DNA from: an uncultured Acidimicrobiia bacterium
Lineage (GTDB): Bacteria > Actinomycetota > Acidimicrobiia > Acidimicrobiales > AC-14
Assembly (NCBI GenBank): GCA_963836205.1
Contig: CAWIIV010000006.1
Coordinates: 160,001-224,000 of the forward strand
Direction: 5' to 3'
Length of the DNA: 64,000 nucleotides
Notes under the pieces: generated by a model
What the model saw: the letters and a program-made list of their open reading frames with translations, nothing else
Told to the model about the DNA's origin: nothing
The model's database searches: none
Shown: positions 1-14,580 of the stretch, in pieces
Layout: each line of letters begins with the position of its first letter
Numbering within the stretch: the stretch's first letter is position 1
Program-made: the position numbers and the translations under genes

Positions 1-1770
<1,770 letters not shown>

Positions 1771-1791
1771 AGCGCGTTGGAACCGCCTCTG

Positions 1792-2698
1792 GTGCGGTGC
1801 GCGGTGGCGCCAGGGGTGCCGTCGCCCGCGATCGGCGACGCCGTCGTCGCCGGAGGTGGGGTGATCGTCGACCCGGCGGAGGCTGACGCCCTGGTGTGGA
1901 CCGAGCCCCTGGACGGCCCCGGGTTGGCCAAGACCCTGGCCGGTGCGCCGGGCGTCCGGTGGGTGCAGCTGCCCTTCGTCGGGGGTCGACGCCTTCACCT
2001 CGCTCCTCGACGACACACGGGTCTGGACCAGCCCCAAGGGCGCCTACGCCGAGCCGGTGGCCGAGCACGCCCTCGCCCTCGGCCTGGCCGGGCTCCGCCA
2101 CCTCCCGACCCGGGCCCGGGCCCGGGAGTGGGGCGAGCAGGCGGGACGGCGGCTGATGGGCGGGCGGGTCACCATCGTCGGCGGCGGGGGCATCGCGGAG
2201 GCGCTGTTGCGTTTGCTGGAGCCGTTCACGGTCGACTCGACGGTCGTCCGTCGCCACGTCCGGCCGGTCGTCGGCGCCACCCGGGTGGTGGGAGCCGACC
2301 GCCTCCACGACGCCCTGCCCGGCGCCGACCTGGTCTTCCTCGCCCTTGCCCTCACCCCGGAGACCACCGGGATCATCGGCGGGGCCGAGCTCGACCTCAT
2401 GGAGTCCCACGCCTGGCTGGTCAACGTGGCCCGGGGCAGGCACGTGGTCACCGACGACCTGGTGGCCGCCCTCCGCCGCCGGTCGATCGGCGGGGCCGCC
2501 CTCGACGTCACCGAGCCGGAGCCCCTGCCCGCCGACCATCCCCTCTGGCAGCTCGACAACTGCCTGGTCACGCCCCACACGGCCAACACGTGGGCGATGG
2601 CCGAGCCCCTCTTCGCGGGCCGGGTGGCGGAGAACGTCGCCCGCTTCCGCCGGGGGGAGGAGCTCCTCGGCCGGGTCAGCCCCCGCCTGGGCTACTGA
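1792..2698 (+). CDS. D-isomer-specific 2-hydroxyacid dehydrogenase, frameshifted at G-run 1981-1985
   Basis: VRWVQLP in frame 1 joins GVDAF...VAEHALAL...GGGGIA...NVARG...LDVTEPEP...TPH in the next frame; removing one G restores the frame. Confidence 0.85.
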
Positions 2699-3488
2699 CG
2701 ACCGCGGCGACGGTGACGACCACCCGGTCCATGACCGGCGGGTCGAGGGGCACCCGGTCGGGGGTGCCGGCGACCACCCAGAGGGTGTGGGTGCCGGCGG
2801 CGAGGTCGGGGACGGCGACCGTGGCCTCCGCCGACTGGACCACGCCCGGCTCGTCCGGGATCGGCTGGCCTGCGGGCGGCGCGTCGCGGTCGACCAGCAC
2901 GTAATACAGGCCGTCACCGGGGACGGCGAAGCCCTCGGACTGCACCTGGAGGACGACCGGCTCGCCCGCGGCCGGGTTCGGTGGGGCCGAGGCGTCGATC
3001 GACGGGCCGGCGACGGTGAACGAGGTGGCGGCCTCGTTGCGGCCGATCCGGCGGTGGGTACCATCGCCGTAGACGACGGACACCCGGTGGGGGCCGACCC
3101 GGAGGCCGGGGACGACGATGGGGTCGTCGGTGGTGTGGACGATGTCGGCCGCTACGGGGATCACCATCCCTGTGTCGACCGGGTCACGGTCGATGAACAC
3201 GTGGTAGTGCCCGGTGCGCCCGCCGATCGCCCCGTCGGCGGCGACGATGGTGATCCCCGAGCCGGTGACGTCGAGGCGCAGGACGTTGCCCCCGATCACG
3301 TCGCCGGTGGCAGGCGACACGATGGCGAGCACGCTCGGTGGCCCCGACGTGGTGGGAGGCGTCGCCTCGGCGGCCGTCGTCGGAGTGATGACGGCTTCGT
3401 CGCCACCGCCGCCGCTGTCACCGCACCCGGCCGCCGTCGCCACGAGCAGCGCGGCGAAAGCAACGTTCCGGAGCCGCGGCGACCTCAT
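2676..3488 (-). CDS. Lipoprotein, DUF4399-like
   Basis: Signal peptide with lipobox-like AAGC; GHYHVFID and HTLWVV motifs in two repeated beta-rich domains. Confidence 0.65.
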   Translation of the reverse strand: MRSPRLRNVAFAALLVATAAGCGDSGGGGDEAVITPTTAAEATPPTTSGPPSVLAIVSPATGDVIGGNVLRLDVTGSGITIVAADGAIGGRTGHYHVFIDRDPVDTGMVIPVAADIVHTTDDPIVVPGLRVGPHRVSVVYGDGTHRRIGRNEAATSFTVAGPSIDASAPPNPAAGEPVVLQVQSEGFAVPGDGLYYVLVDRDAPPAGQPIPDEPGVVQSAEATVAVPDLAAGTHTLWVVAGTPDRVPLDPPVMDRVVVTVAAVVSSPGGG

Positions 3489-3520
3489 CGCCGCCGAAGC
3501 TAGCCCCCGGGCATCCGCCG

Positions 3521-4372
3521 TCAGTACACCCAGACCGGCGAGCCGACCGGCATGAGGCCCTCGGCCCAGATCCAGTCCATGGCCGCGTTGCTCACCCGGA
3601 CGCAGCCGTGGGAGGCGGGGTAGGCGGGCACGTCGGAGTAGCCATGCACGGCGATGCCGTCGCCGTGGAAGTACCGGGGCCGGTAGAGGCCGCCCAGCTC
3701 GCCCACGTCGAGGCCGTCGACGACCCACGCCACCTGCCAGTGGCCGGCGGGCGTGTCGGCCATCTCGGTGCGACCGTCGACCCAGTAGGGCTCCTCGGTG
3801 CCGGTGGACGCGTTGAGGACCCACCGCACGGCCCCGTCCCGCACCACGAACAGCACCTGCCGGGCCTTGTCGACCTCGATCAGGTCGCCGCCGGAGCTGG
3901 CCGGCGACGGCCGGGAGGCGTCCGCAAGGGCGGCGACGGTGGCCGCCCCCGCGATGCCGTCCCGCTCCATGCCCTCCACCTTCTGGAAGGCCATGACCGC
4001 CTGGACGGTGAGCCCGCCGTAGGTGCCGTCGGGGGTGCCGAGCCAGTAGCCGAGGCTGCGCAGTGCCTGCTGGAGGGCGAGGACCTCGGGACCGGTGGCA
4101 CCGGGGCGCAGGGTCGTGGGCTCGGGATCGGGGGTCGGGACAGGCGTCGGCACGGGCTCGGGGACGGTCGTCCTCGGCGGACGCGGCGGCGGCTCGGTCG
4201 TGGGCGGGGTGACGGTCGTGGGGGGCAGCGTCGGTACCGTGGTCGCGATGGGAACGGGCTCGTTCGGGACCTCGGCTGCTGCGTTGGTGAGGGCGAAGAG
4301 GGCGACGGCAACGACCGCGGTGAGCGCCGCGATCGCCGCCGACATGCGCTGGAGGATGCGTGTCGTTCTCAT
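3521..4372 (-). CDS. L,D-transpeptidase (YkuD) with peptidoglycan-binding domain
   Basis: Signal peptide, Pro/Thr linker, PG_binding_1 (LQQALRSLGY..DG.YG..T..AV.AFQ), catalytic HG...SHGCVR. Confidence 0.92.
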   Translation of the reverse strand: MRTTRILQRMSAAIAALTAVVAVALFALTNAAAEVPNEPVPIATTVPTLPPTTVTPPTTEPPPRPPRTTVPEPVPTPVPTPDPEPTTLRPGATGPEVLALQQALRSLGYWLGTPDGTYGGLTVQAVMAFQKVEGMERDGIAGAATVAALADASRPSPASSGGDLIEVDKARQVLFVVRDGAVRWVLNASTGTEEPYWVDGRTEMADTPAGHWQVAWVVDGLDVGELGGLYRPRYFHGDGIAVHGYSDVPAYPASHGCVRVSNAAMDWIWAEGLMPVGSPVWVY

Positions 4373-4469
4373 GCCTGGTCGGACGGGTCGGGGGGTGCCT
4401 TCGTTCCGTTGCAGTTCGGTAACAACGGGATTGGAAGGAATGGGTGTCGACACCCGTCGAAGCCCGAGA

Positions 4470-5087
4470 ATGGACATCGTGCTCGCCCTGCCGATCCCCA
4501 CCTGGCTGGTGGGCCTGCTGCGGGCGGTGGCGCCCGTCCCCCCCACCTCCGGCGACGTCGACCGCATGGTCGTGGCCCGGGCCCGGCGGGGTGACCACCG
4601 GGCCTTTGCCCAGATCGTCGACCACTACGACCACCGCCTGCGGGGACTGGCCTACCGCCTCCTGCGCGACCGCGACCGGATGGACGACGTGCTCCAGGAG
4701 GCGTACGTCAAGGCGTTCCGATCGCTGCCCCGTTTCAAGGGCGAGTCGGCCCTCGGGACCTGGCTCTACCGGATCGTCTACAACGCCTGTATCGACGACC
4801 TCCGCTCCCGGAAGGATGCGGTGTCCCTCGACGACCAGGCCGCCCCGGTGGATATGGCCGACACCCGCCCCGGCCCGGCCGACGTCGCCGTGGGCCGGCA
4901 TGACCTGGCCGACGCCCTCGACACCCTGCCTGCCGACCAGCGGGCGGCGGTGATGCTGGTCGATGCCTACGGCCTCGACTACGGCGAGGCGGCCGACGTC
5001 CTCGGGGTGGCCGCCGGCACCGTCGGATCCCGCCTCAGCCGGGCCCGGTCCGCCCTGCGCGCCGTCCTGGGGGACGACGGCCGGTGA
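4470..5087 (+). CDS. ECF RNA polymerase sigma factor (alternative start 4440)
   Basis: Region 2 DDVLQEAYVKAFRSL..F.GES...TWLYRI; region 4 YGEAADVLGVAAGTVGSRLSRAR. Confidence 0.92.
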   Translation: MDIVLALPIPTWLVGLLRAVAPVPPTSGDVDRMVVARARRGDHRAFAQIVDHYDHRLRGLAYRLLRDRDRMDDVLQEAYVKAFRSLPRFKGESALGTWLYRIVYNACIDDLRSRKDAVSLDDQAAPVDMADTRPGPADVAVGRHDLADALDTLPADQRAAVMLVDAYGLDYGEAADVLGVAAGTVGSRLSRARSALRAVLGDDGR

Positions 5088-6511
5088 ACGACCGCCCGCC
5101 CGACCGGGACGAGCTCCTGGGCCAGGCCCTTCGCCGCCTCGAGGTCCCCGACCACGGTCCCGACTTCTACCCGCAGCTGATGGCCCGCCTGGCCGACGCC
5201 GGCACAGGCGCCGGCGCGAGTCGCCTGGCCCGTCAGACCCGCCGGTCTCGCTGGACCAGCCCCTACCTGCTCACGGCGGTGGTGGCGGCGGTGCTGGTCA
5301 TCGTGGTGGGCACCATGTCGGTGCTGCGGCAAGGCGAGCCCAGCATCGACGAGCCGGTGCTCATCACCGCGTCCGAGGTCCGCAGCCGGGTGGCGGGCGC
5401 GCTGGCGTCGCTCGACACCCTCCGGGGCGAGATCACCCTCGACTGCGACATCCCCTGGGGGACCTGCACCCCGCCGGAGACAGGAGTCCGCACCACCTTG
5501 CGGTGGTCGTTCGTCACCACGGCCGACGGCGACGAGCGGGTGACGGGTATCGGGGTCACCGACGACACTGCGTTCAGCGCGTCGACCCGGACCCAACGGG
5601 AGGTCGTCGACTTCGGCGGGGGGCCCCAAGGGGTCGAGACCACCAATGTCGGGGCCGGTCCCCCCGACTACTCGGTGGGACGCTCGCCGCTGCGGCGGGA
5701 GCTGGGGTCGGTGGTGCGGGCGTTCGTCACCGACACGGCCGACGTGCCCGTCACCGACACCGTCGAGCAGGGGCGGGCCGCCTGGCGGCTGGTGACGCCG
5801 GTGGTGCCCAACAAGCTGGCCGGACCGGGCGGCAGCGGCGACCAGTTGGAGGTGATCGTCGACCGCGAGAGCGGCTTCCCGCTGCGCATCACCGAATCGC
5901 TGGAGGGACGATTCCTGCACCAGGTGAGCCTCTCCGGGCTGGTCGCCGACGAGCCCGTCGACCCGGAGATGTTCGAGTTCGACTTCCCCGCGGGGATCGA
6001 CGTGTTCCGCCGCGACGCCGGGTACCGGCGGGTCACCGTCGAGCAGGCAGCGGCCATCGTCGGGTACCAGCCGTTGCTCCCGACCGACCTTCCCGACGGC
6101 TTCGAGCTGGCTGAGGTGACGGCGGCCGGCGAGGGCGGCGGCACCGGCACCGAGGGCATGAACCCGGCCGCCCCCGGCGTGGTGTCGGTGGCCTATCGCC
6201 GGGGCTTCGACCGGATCGTGGTGACGACCCGTCTGACCGACGGGTTCTCCCGCTGCAACCGGGAGCTGCCGGGGTCGGACCCGTCGGCGTGCTGGGCCGA
6301 TCCGCTGTCGTCGGGGGAGGGCTTCGTCGACGAGCCGGCGCCGTTCGTCGTCGGCGACGGCTCACTGGCCGGGGCCGACGCCGAACTGGTCGTCTCGCCC
6401 CGGGGCATCCCCCACGTGTGGACCATCGACGACCGCCTGGTGGCCACCATCGCCGGCGACGCCTCGGCGGTGGAACTGCGGCGGATGACGGAGTCGTTCG
6501 CGCCCGCCTGA
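5084..6511 (+). CDS. Putative anti-sigma factor with one TM helix and a LolA/RseB-like extracytoplasmic domain
   Basis: 4-nt overlap with the ECF gene, short cytoplasmic N-terminus, one TM helix, VIVDRESGFPLR and PVDPEMFEF motifs. Confidence 0.65.
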   Translation: MNDRPPDRDELLGQALRRLEVPDHGPDFYPQLMARLADAGTGAGASRLARQTRRSRWTSPYLLTAVVAAVLVIVVGTMSVLRQGEPSIDEPVLITASEVRSRVAGALASLDTLRGEITLDCDIPWGTCTPPETGVRTTLRWSFVTTADGDERVTGIGVTDDTAFSASTRTQREVVDFGGGPQGVETTNVGAGPPDYSVGRSPLRRELGSVVRAFVTDTADVPVTDTVEQGRAAWRLVTPVVPNKLAGPGGSGDQLEVIVDRESGFPLRITESLEGRFLHQVSLSGLVADEPVDPEMFEFDFPAGIDVFRRDAGYRRVTVEQAAAIVGYQPLLPTDLPDGFELAEVTAAGEGGGTGTEGMNPAAPGVVSVAYRRGFDRIVVTTRLTDGFSRCNRELPGSDPSACWADPLSSGEGFVDEPAPFVVGDGSLAGADAELVVSPRGIPHVWTIDDRLVATIAGDASAVELRRMTESFAPA

Positions 6512-6761
6512 CGGCCGCTACCGGCGGGCCCGGCCGGTGATCCGGACGACGACCCGGTGGCCAACACGCCGAGGGGGACGAGCGGTCCCACTTCGGCCCC
6601 GGGTGAACGGAAGCCGACCCCGGTCGGGCCGGCAGTCCGGTCGGTCCGGGCACCCCGCTCGGCCCGGTCGCATCCGGATCCCGTGTTCACCGGGAGGGAG
6701 CAGTGAGGCGCCCTCTTCCGTACGGCCGTCGGGCGAGCGTCACCCGACGCCTACCCGCGGC

Positions 6762-7277
6762 CTACGTGGGCGGCGGGGGCGGGGGCGGGGGCGGGGGCGG
6801 GGGCGGTATGGCGAAGACGTTGGCCGCGTGGGCGGTGAGGGCGAACTGCGACAGCGCCGGTGACGTGATCGCGCAGCCGGTCCCCACCCGCTGGCCGGTT
6901 CGGGTGCCCGACAGCGTGTAGGTGCCGTCCCCGCCGAACTGGGTGAAATCGGGACCCGTGTAGGCGAAGTCGAACGTGCCTGACTCGCGTACGACCGCCC
7001 GGCAGGTCCTGGGGTCGAGAACCTCGGTGTGGGTGGTGGGCGTCTGGCTCAGGAAGACATCGCCCGCCGGAAGGTGAAGCGTCTCGCTGTTGGCGCTCGT
7101 CTCGATGAAGGTGCCGACCCCGCTGACGACGATGCCTTGGGCAACGGCGATGCGGACGCCGCCGTTCTTCGTCAGGTAGAAGTCCTGGAGCGGAGCCGCC
7201 GAGACCGAGGGGGCGGCAACCATCAGGATGGCTACCGACACGGAGACGCAGAGCGCAGCGAACACACGTCGTTTCAA
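6762..7277 (-). CDS. Secreted hypothetical protein with C-terminal poly-Pro tail
   Basis: Signal peptide MKRRVFAAL...VSAA; ends in 12 Pro residues. Confidence 0.6.
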   Translation of the reverse strand: MKRRVFAALCVSVSVAILMVAAPSVSAAPLQDFYLTKNGGVRIAVAQGIVVSGVGTFIETSANSETLHLPAGDVFLSQTPTTHTEVLDPRTCRAVVRESGTFDFAYTGPDFTQFGGDGTYTLSGTRTGQRVGTGCAITSPALSQFALTAHAANVFAIPPPPPPPPPPPPPT

Positions 7278-7340
7278 GGGGATCTCCTCGCCAAATCGAC
7301 TCTTGAACAGTCGAACAGTAACAACGTGGCGACGGTCCAG

Positions 7341-8087
7341 TTACAGGCGGACCCCCAGCGCGGTCGCACCGGCGTCGAGGAGAGAGCGCAGGGCAATGGC
7401 GCTGGCGGCGACCGCGACCACCTGTACCGCGGGGCCGGCAAGAGCCAGCACGCCCACCTCGCAACCGGGCCCGGCACCGGCGCCGTCGAGCACCACCGGT
7501 GCCGGATGGCGACCGACCGGGTCGACGACCAGTAACGAACCCGTGGCGCGCGCCCCGCCGCCGACCGCCGGGCTGGCCCAGGCCGGGTGAGCGAAGCCGA
7601 GGTCGACCTGGTGGCGGACCAGCGGCCGGCCATCGAGGTCGATGGACAGCCGGCTCGACACCGATCCGCCGACCTCTCGGTGGCGGCCCCGGACGATCTC
7701 CTCCCGCCACACGAGCGTGGCCCCGGCGGCCAGCCAGACCCGGGCACGGGCCCGATGGTCGCAGCCGGACGCGGCGACTGTGGGCTCCGGTAGCCACCGC
7801 AAGCTCCCGCCCTCCCCCACCTGGGCGTCGATCTCGACGACCGACGGGGCCGGTCCGGGCAGAACCACCGCGGCGGCGACCGTCCGCAGGGTGAGCTCGG
7901 CGCCGGGCCCGACCACGATCTCGATCCGCAGGACGTCGCCGCCGAGCGGGCCGCCGGCCCCCCCGACCAGGTGCACCAGTGTCCCCACCGCCGGCCGCAA
8001 CACCAACGGCCCCTCCGACCGCAGGCACGTCAACCGGGTGCCGCCCGCGCCGTCGGCCTCCACGACCACCCGCCCCCGGGCGATCAC
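7341..8087 (-). CDS. ureD: Urease accessory protein UreD
   Basis: GGPLGGD and WLPEP motifs; last gene of the urease cluster. Confidence 0.9.
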   Translation of the reverse strand: MIARGRVVVEADGAGGTRLTCLRSEGPLVLRPAVGTLVHLVGGAGGPLGGDVLRIEIVVGPGAELTLRTVAAAVVLPGPAPSVVEIDAQVGEGGSLRWLPEPTVAASGCDHRARARVWLAAGATLVWREEIVRGRHREVGGSVSSRLSIDLDGRPLVRHQVDLGFAHPAWASPAVGGGARATGSLLVVDPVGRHPAPVVLDGAGAGPGCEVGVLALAGPAVQVVAVAASAIALRSLLDAGATALGVRL

Positions 8088-8767
8088 CCCCCCGGGCCGG
8101 GGTGGGCCGACCGCACCCGCCAGGCGGCCAGCTCGGCCCGCACCCAGGCGGCCGCGCCCGACGCGCCCCGGTCCTCCACCAGCGAGCTGAACAGCACCGG
8201 GCCCGTCCCCCGCCGGGCGCGGGCGTCGCGGTCCATCACGCCCAGGTCAGCTCCCACCAGGGCGGCCAGGTCGGTCTTGTTCACCACCAGCAGGTCCGCC
8301 GACGTCACCCCCGGACCACCCTTGCGAGGCACCTTGTCGCCCCCGGCCACGTCGATGACGAAGACCTGCCGGTCGACCAGGCCCCGGCTGAAGGTGGCAG
8401 TGAGGTTGTCGCCGCCGCTCTCCACCAGCACCAGGTCCAACGGCCGGTGGCGGGCCTCGAGGTCCTCGACCGCCTCCAGGTTGGCGGAGATGTCGTCGCG
8501 GATGGCGGTGTGGGGGCAGCAGCCGGTCTGGACGGCCACGATGCGGTCGTCGGCCAGCACGCCCGCCCGGCGGAGGAACTCGGCGTCCTCCTCGGTGTAG
8601 ATGTCGTTGGTGACGACGCCCAACCGCAGCTCGTCGCCCAGGGTGCGGCACAGGGCCGCCACCAGGGCCGTCTTGCCACTCCCCACCGGTCCGCCGATGC
8701 CGATGCGCAGGGCCCGGCCACCGGCGACCGCCGCCGGGTGGGCGTCGTGCGAGTGGTCATGAGGCAA
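8084..8767 (-). CDS. ureG: Urease accessory GTPase UreG with His-rich N-terminus
   Basis: [19 protein letters not shown] and NKTD motifs. Confidence 0.97.
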   Translation of the reverse strand: MPHDHSHDAHPAAVAGGRALRIGIGGPVGSGKTALVAALCRTLGDELRLGVVTNDIYTEEDAEFLRRAGVLADDRIVAVQTGCCPHTAIRDDISANLEAVEDLEARHRPLDLVLVESGGDNLTATFSRGLVDRQVFVIDVAGGDKVPRKGGPGVTSADLLVVNKTDLAALVGADLGVMDRDARARRGTGPVLFSSLVEDRGASGAAAWVRAELAAWRVRSAHPGPGG

Positions 8768-9407
8768 ACAGACGCACCTCCCGGAGGGCGTGGACCTCGG
8801 CGCCCAGGTCGAGCAGCGGGGCCGACGGGCAGGGGAGGCCGTCGAGCGAGACAGCGCCGTCGCCGGCGGCGAACGCAGCCGCTTCCGCCGCCACCTCGTC
8901 GATGGCGACGCCCAACCCCGCCACCACCGCCGACACCAGGAACGGGTCGAGCCCGAGCAGGCGGACGGCGGCGGTGGCCGGCGTCATCACCCCGTCGTAG
9001 GCCGCCCACCGGGCGGCATCCACCGGCGCCAGCCCGGCGGCGGCCGACACCACCCCGACCGCCACCGCATGGTGCGCCGACGTGACCGCCACCGGCCAGG
9101 CGTGGGCTGCCGACCGCAACAGCTGCCGCCCCTGGCGGCGGGACGCGGCCCGCAACGCGGGCGAGGCCATGCGGGCGTCGGCCTCGGCGTCGAGCACGTC
9201 CACCGACCACCGCCCGGCGCACGCCAACGCGGCCAGGCCCGCGGCCACCCGCACCGCGGTCGCCAACCGTCCGACCACGAAGGCCCGCAGCGACTCCACA
9301 TCGACCACCCCGCCCGCGGTGACCGCCTCCTCCAGTCCCCCCGAGTGGGCGTGTCCCCCCGAGGGGAAGCGCCCGTCCGCCAGGAACAGCGCGGCAACGA
9401 CGCTCAC
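8757..9407 (-). CDS. ureF: Urease accessory protein UreF
   Basis: [18 protein letters not shown]; C-terminal RLFAS. Confidence 0.95.
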   Translation of the reverse strand: MSVVAALFLADGRFPSGGHAHSGGLEEAVTAGGVVDVESLRAFVVGRLATAVRVAAGLAALACAGRWSVDVLDAEADARMASPALRAASRRQGRQLLRSAAHAWPVAVTSAHHAVAVGVVSAAAGLAPVDAARWAAYDGVMTPATAAVRLLGLDPFLVSAVVAGLGVAIDEVAAEAAAFAAGDGAVSLDGLPCPSAPLLDLGAEVHALREVRLFAS

Positions 9408-9477
9408 CGTCCGCCGGTTTCGATCGTCCGGAAGGTGGTTCGGGCCGGAATCACCACGCTGCCGACGCATGAAATCA

Positions 9478-11183
<1,706 letters not shown>

Positions 11184-11187
<4 letters not shown>

Positions 11188-11501
11188 TTGGCGGCATCGA
11201 GGGGACCGCCGACCTCGCCCCGCAGCCCGGCCACCACCCGCAGGCCGCCGATCGGCACCAGGTCGACCTCCCGCTCGATGCCCGGCTCGAAGCGCACCGC
11301 GGTGCCGGCGGGGATGGCCAGCCGCAGCCCCCGGGCCGCGGCCCGGTCGAACGCCAGGGCCGGATTCGCCTCCGCGAAGTGGTAGTGCGACCCCACCTGC
11401 ACCGGACGGTCACCGGTGTTGGCCACCACCAGCGTCGTCACCGGCTTCCCGACGTTGATCGCCACCGGCCCGTCCCCGAGGACGGTCTCCCCCGGGATCA
11501 T
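11184..11501 (-). CDS. ureB: Urease beta subunit
   Basis: MIPGE...[15 protein letters not shown]...GTAVRFEPG. Confidence 0.98.
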
Positions 11502-11568
11502 GGCGAACTGGTGACACATCGGGGGGCCAGGACCCCCCGAATCGTCACCAGTTGCACCCGGGGCCGGC

Positions 11569-11871
<303 letters not shown>

Positions 11872-11877
11872 CGGTGG

Positions 11878-12663
11878 TCAGCTTGCCGCGCCCACGGCGC
11901 CCCCCGCCAGCAGGTCGTCGATGCTCCAGCACAGCTCCCGGAACGTCTGGTCCCGCAGCAGCGCCCGCTCCCGGCCCGGCCCGAAGGGGATGGCCAGCTC
12001 GGCCGCCACCTGCCCCGGCCGTGACGACAGCACGTAGACCCGGCTCGACAGGTAGACCGCCTCCTCCACGTCGTGGGTGACCATGAGGATGGTGGCGCCG
12101 GTGTCGGCCTGCACCTGGACCACGAAGTCCCGCATCGACGCCCGCGTCTGCGAGTCCAACGCCCCGAACGGCTCGTCGAAGAGCAGCACCGACGGCTCGG
12201 TGGCCAGGGCCCGGGCGATGGCCACCCGCTGCTGCATCCCGCCCGAGAGCTGCCGGGGCAGGGCGCCGGCAAAGTCCGACAGCCCCATCACCCGCAGGTA
12301 CTCGGTCACCCGGGAGGCGATGTCCGCCCGATCCATGCCCTTGAGCTCCAACCCGAAGCCGACGTTCTCCGCCACCGTCCGCCACGGATACAACGAGTAG
12401 CTCTGGAAGACGAGTCCCCGGTCGGGACCGGGACCGGAGACGTGGCGCCCGTCGACCAGCACCGCCCCCTCGGTGGCCTCGACCAGGCCCGCCGCGATCG
12501 ACAGCAGGGTCGACTTGCCACAGCCCGACGCTCCCACCAGCGTCACCAGCTCGCCCTCCGCCACGTGGAGGTCGACGTCGACCAGGGCCCGCACGATCCT
12601 GCCCTTGGCGTCGACGTAGTCCTTCGTCACCGCGATCATCTGCAACTTCGGAACCGCGGTCAT
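11878..12663 (-). CDS. NitT/TauT-family ABC ATP-binding protein (probable guanidine import)
   Basis: GASGCGKS, LSGGMQQR, DEPFGALD and VTHD motifs. Confidence 0.92.
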   Translation of the reverse strand: MTAVPKLQMIAVTKDYVDAKGRIVRALVDVDLHVAEGELVTLVGASGCGKSTLLSIAAGLVEATEGAVLVDGRHVSGPGPDRGLVFQSYSLYPWRTVAENVGFGLELKGMDRADIASRVTEYLRVMGLSDFAGALPRQLSGGMQQRVAIARALATEPSVLLFDEPFGALDSQTRASMRDFVVQVQADTGATILMVTHDVEEAVYLSSRVYVLSSRPGQVAAELAIPFGPGRERALLRDQTFRELCWSIDDLLAGGAVGAAS

Positions 12664-13568
12664 CGGGCCCACGGCGCCAGCCGGTTGCGAAGGAGGCGGA
12701 ACCCGAGGTCGGTGGCCACGCCGATGAGGCCGATCACGATGAGCACGGCGAAGATGACGTCGGTGTCGAGGAACCTCCCGGCCCGCACGATGCGGTACCC
12801 GAAACCCTCCTGGGCGGCGATGAGCTCGGCCACCACCACCATGTTCCAGGTGGCGGCGATGTTCACCCGCATGGCGTCGATCAGGCCGGGGACGCAGTAG
12901 GGCACGATCACCTTGCGGATGACCTGCCACCGGCCCGCGCCCAGCGTGTACGAGACGTTGATCAGCTCGGCCGGCACCTGGGCGGCCACGTCGGCGCTCA
13001 TGAGGGTGTTGAAGAACACGGTGCCGATCACCAGCAGGGCGATCTTCGACGACTCCCCCAGCCCCAGCCAGATGACGAGCAGGGGGATGAACGCGGGCGC
13101 GGGCATGTAGCGGAGGAAGCCGATCATGGGCTCGAACAGGCCCCGGACCACGGGCCAGGTGCCCATGGCCAGGCCCAACGGCACGGAGATGGCGACCACC
13201 AGGACGAAGCCGATCACGATCCGGGTCAGGGTGGCCCGGGCGTCGGACCACAGCTCGCCGCTCGACGCCAGCCGACCGAAGGCGCGCAGCACCTTCGCCG
13301 GCGACGGCAGGAACGTCGAGTCGACGACGCCGGTGCTGCTCACTGCCGTCCACACGAGGAGCGGAACCAGCACCGAGATGACGGCCAACGGCAGGCGCAG
13401 CCGTTCGGGGACCTGCTCCCGCAGGCGCAGCATCCGGATCCGGGGCCGGCCCGGAGCCAGCACCCGACGCAGCCTCGGGCCCGGTGGCGAGCCGGGGCCG
13501 ACCGGCCCCCCGTCCACCCCCTGCTCGCCGGGCGCGGCCGCGGGCTCGGTCACCCCGATCTCGGTCAC
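12660..13568 (-). CDS. NitT/TauT-family ABC permease
   Basis: FLPSP, RYMPAPAFIPL, TLGA and VVVAELIAA motifs. Confidence 0.92.
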   Translation of the reverse strand: MTEIGVTEPAAAPGEQGVDGGPVGPGSPPGPRLRRVLAPGRPRIRMLRLREQVPERLRLPLAVISVLVPLLVWTAVSSTGVVDSTFLPSPAKVLRAFGRLASSGELWSDARATLTRIVIGFVLVVAISVPLGLAMGTWPVVRGLFEPMIGFLRYMPAPAFIPLLVIWLGLGESSKIALLVIGTVFFNTLMSADVAAQVPAELINVSYTLGAGRWQVIRKVIVPYCVPGLIDAMRVNIAATWNMVVVAELIAAQEGFGYRIVRAGRFLDTDVIFAVLIVIGLIGVATDLGFRLLRNRLAPWAR

Positions 13569-13572
13569 CGGG

Positions 13573-14580
13573 TCAACCGGCGGCCGCCCGGGCGGTCACG
13601 AACGTGGGATCGAGCAGTCCGGCCAGGTCGGGCGCGGTGTCGACCAGCTTGGAGTCGACCAGGAAGGTGGCGATCTGGCGGGCGGCGAAGTCGAGGTGCT
13701 TCTGGTCGTTCCCCGGCGCCAAGGCCTCGACGTTGTCGGCCAGGGTGAAGATGGTGGTGCCGGCGTCGTACTCGCGGTAGGCGGCCACGTCGACCCCCGC
13801 CCGCTTGGCCATGATGGCCACCGCCTCGTCGGCGTTGGCGCCGATGTAGTCGATCGTGTCGAACCAGGCGTCGACCAGCTTCTGGACGTCGCCCGGTCTC
13901 GCCTGCACGAACGCGGCATCCATCACCAGGTGGTCGGGAATGGCGCCCGGGAAGTCGGCCGAGCTGAACAACACCTTCGACCCCTGCCGCTCCCGAGCGA
14001 CGTCGGTGAAGGGGGCGAAGGCGCCCACCGCGTCGAGCCGGCCGGAGGCGAAGGCGGCCGCGGCGGCGTCGGTGAGGAGGGGCTGGAGGTCGACGTCGGC
14101 CGGCGTCATCCCCGCCCGCTGGAGCCCGAGCAGGAGGAGGTAGTGGTCGACGGTGCCCTCCTCGACCCCCACCTTCTTGCCCCGGAGGTCCGCCACCGAC
14201 GCGATCTCGGCCGCGGCGATGATCTGGTCGTTGCCGGTGGAGTTGTCGTTGACCAGCACGATCGACTGCTTCGACCCGCCCGACACCGACGAGATGGTGT
14301 CGTTGAGGGTCTGGCTGTTCCCGTCGATGTTCCCGGTGGCCAGGGCGTTGAGGGAGTCGGTGTAGCTCTCGAAGTAGGTGAGATCGACGTCGAGCCCGTG
14401 CCTGGCGAAGATCCCCTTCTCCTCCGCCACCTGCCACGGGAACCACCCCGGCCAGGCGCTGAAGCCGAGGGAGACCTTGCTCAGCCCGGGTGTCGACGAC
14501 GAGTCGTCGTCGCTGCCACCGCAGGCGGCCAGCCCCACCAGGCCGATCACGACCACCGCCGCTGCCAGACGTCTACGCAT
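13573..14580 (-). CDS. SsuA/NMT1-like substrate-binding lipoprotein (probable guanidine binding)
   Basis: Lipobox LAAC; SAWPGWFPW and NDNSTGNDQI motifs; lies downstream of the guanidine riboswitch. Confidence 0.88.
   Translation of the reverse strand: MRRRLAAAVVVIGLVGLAACGGSDDDSSSTPGLSKVSLGFSAWPGWFPWQVAEEKGIFARHGLDVDLTYFESYTDSLNALATGNIDGNSQTLNDTISSVSGGSKQSIVLVNDNSTGNDQIIAAAEIASVADLRGKKVGVEEGTVDHYLLLLGLQRAGMTPADVDLQPLLTDAAAAAFASGRLDAVGAFAPFTDVARERQGSKVLFSSADFPGAIPDHLVMDAAFVQARPGDVQKLVDAWFDTIDYIGANADEAVAIMAKRAGVDVAAYREYDAGTTIFTLADNVEALAPGNDQKHLDFAARQIATFLVDSKLVDTAPDLAGLLDPTFVTARAAAG

Noticed and set aside
6768-6806. (GGGGGC)n as a regulatory G-quadruplex
   Set aside because: Explained by poly-Pro codons on the minus strand; no independent support.
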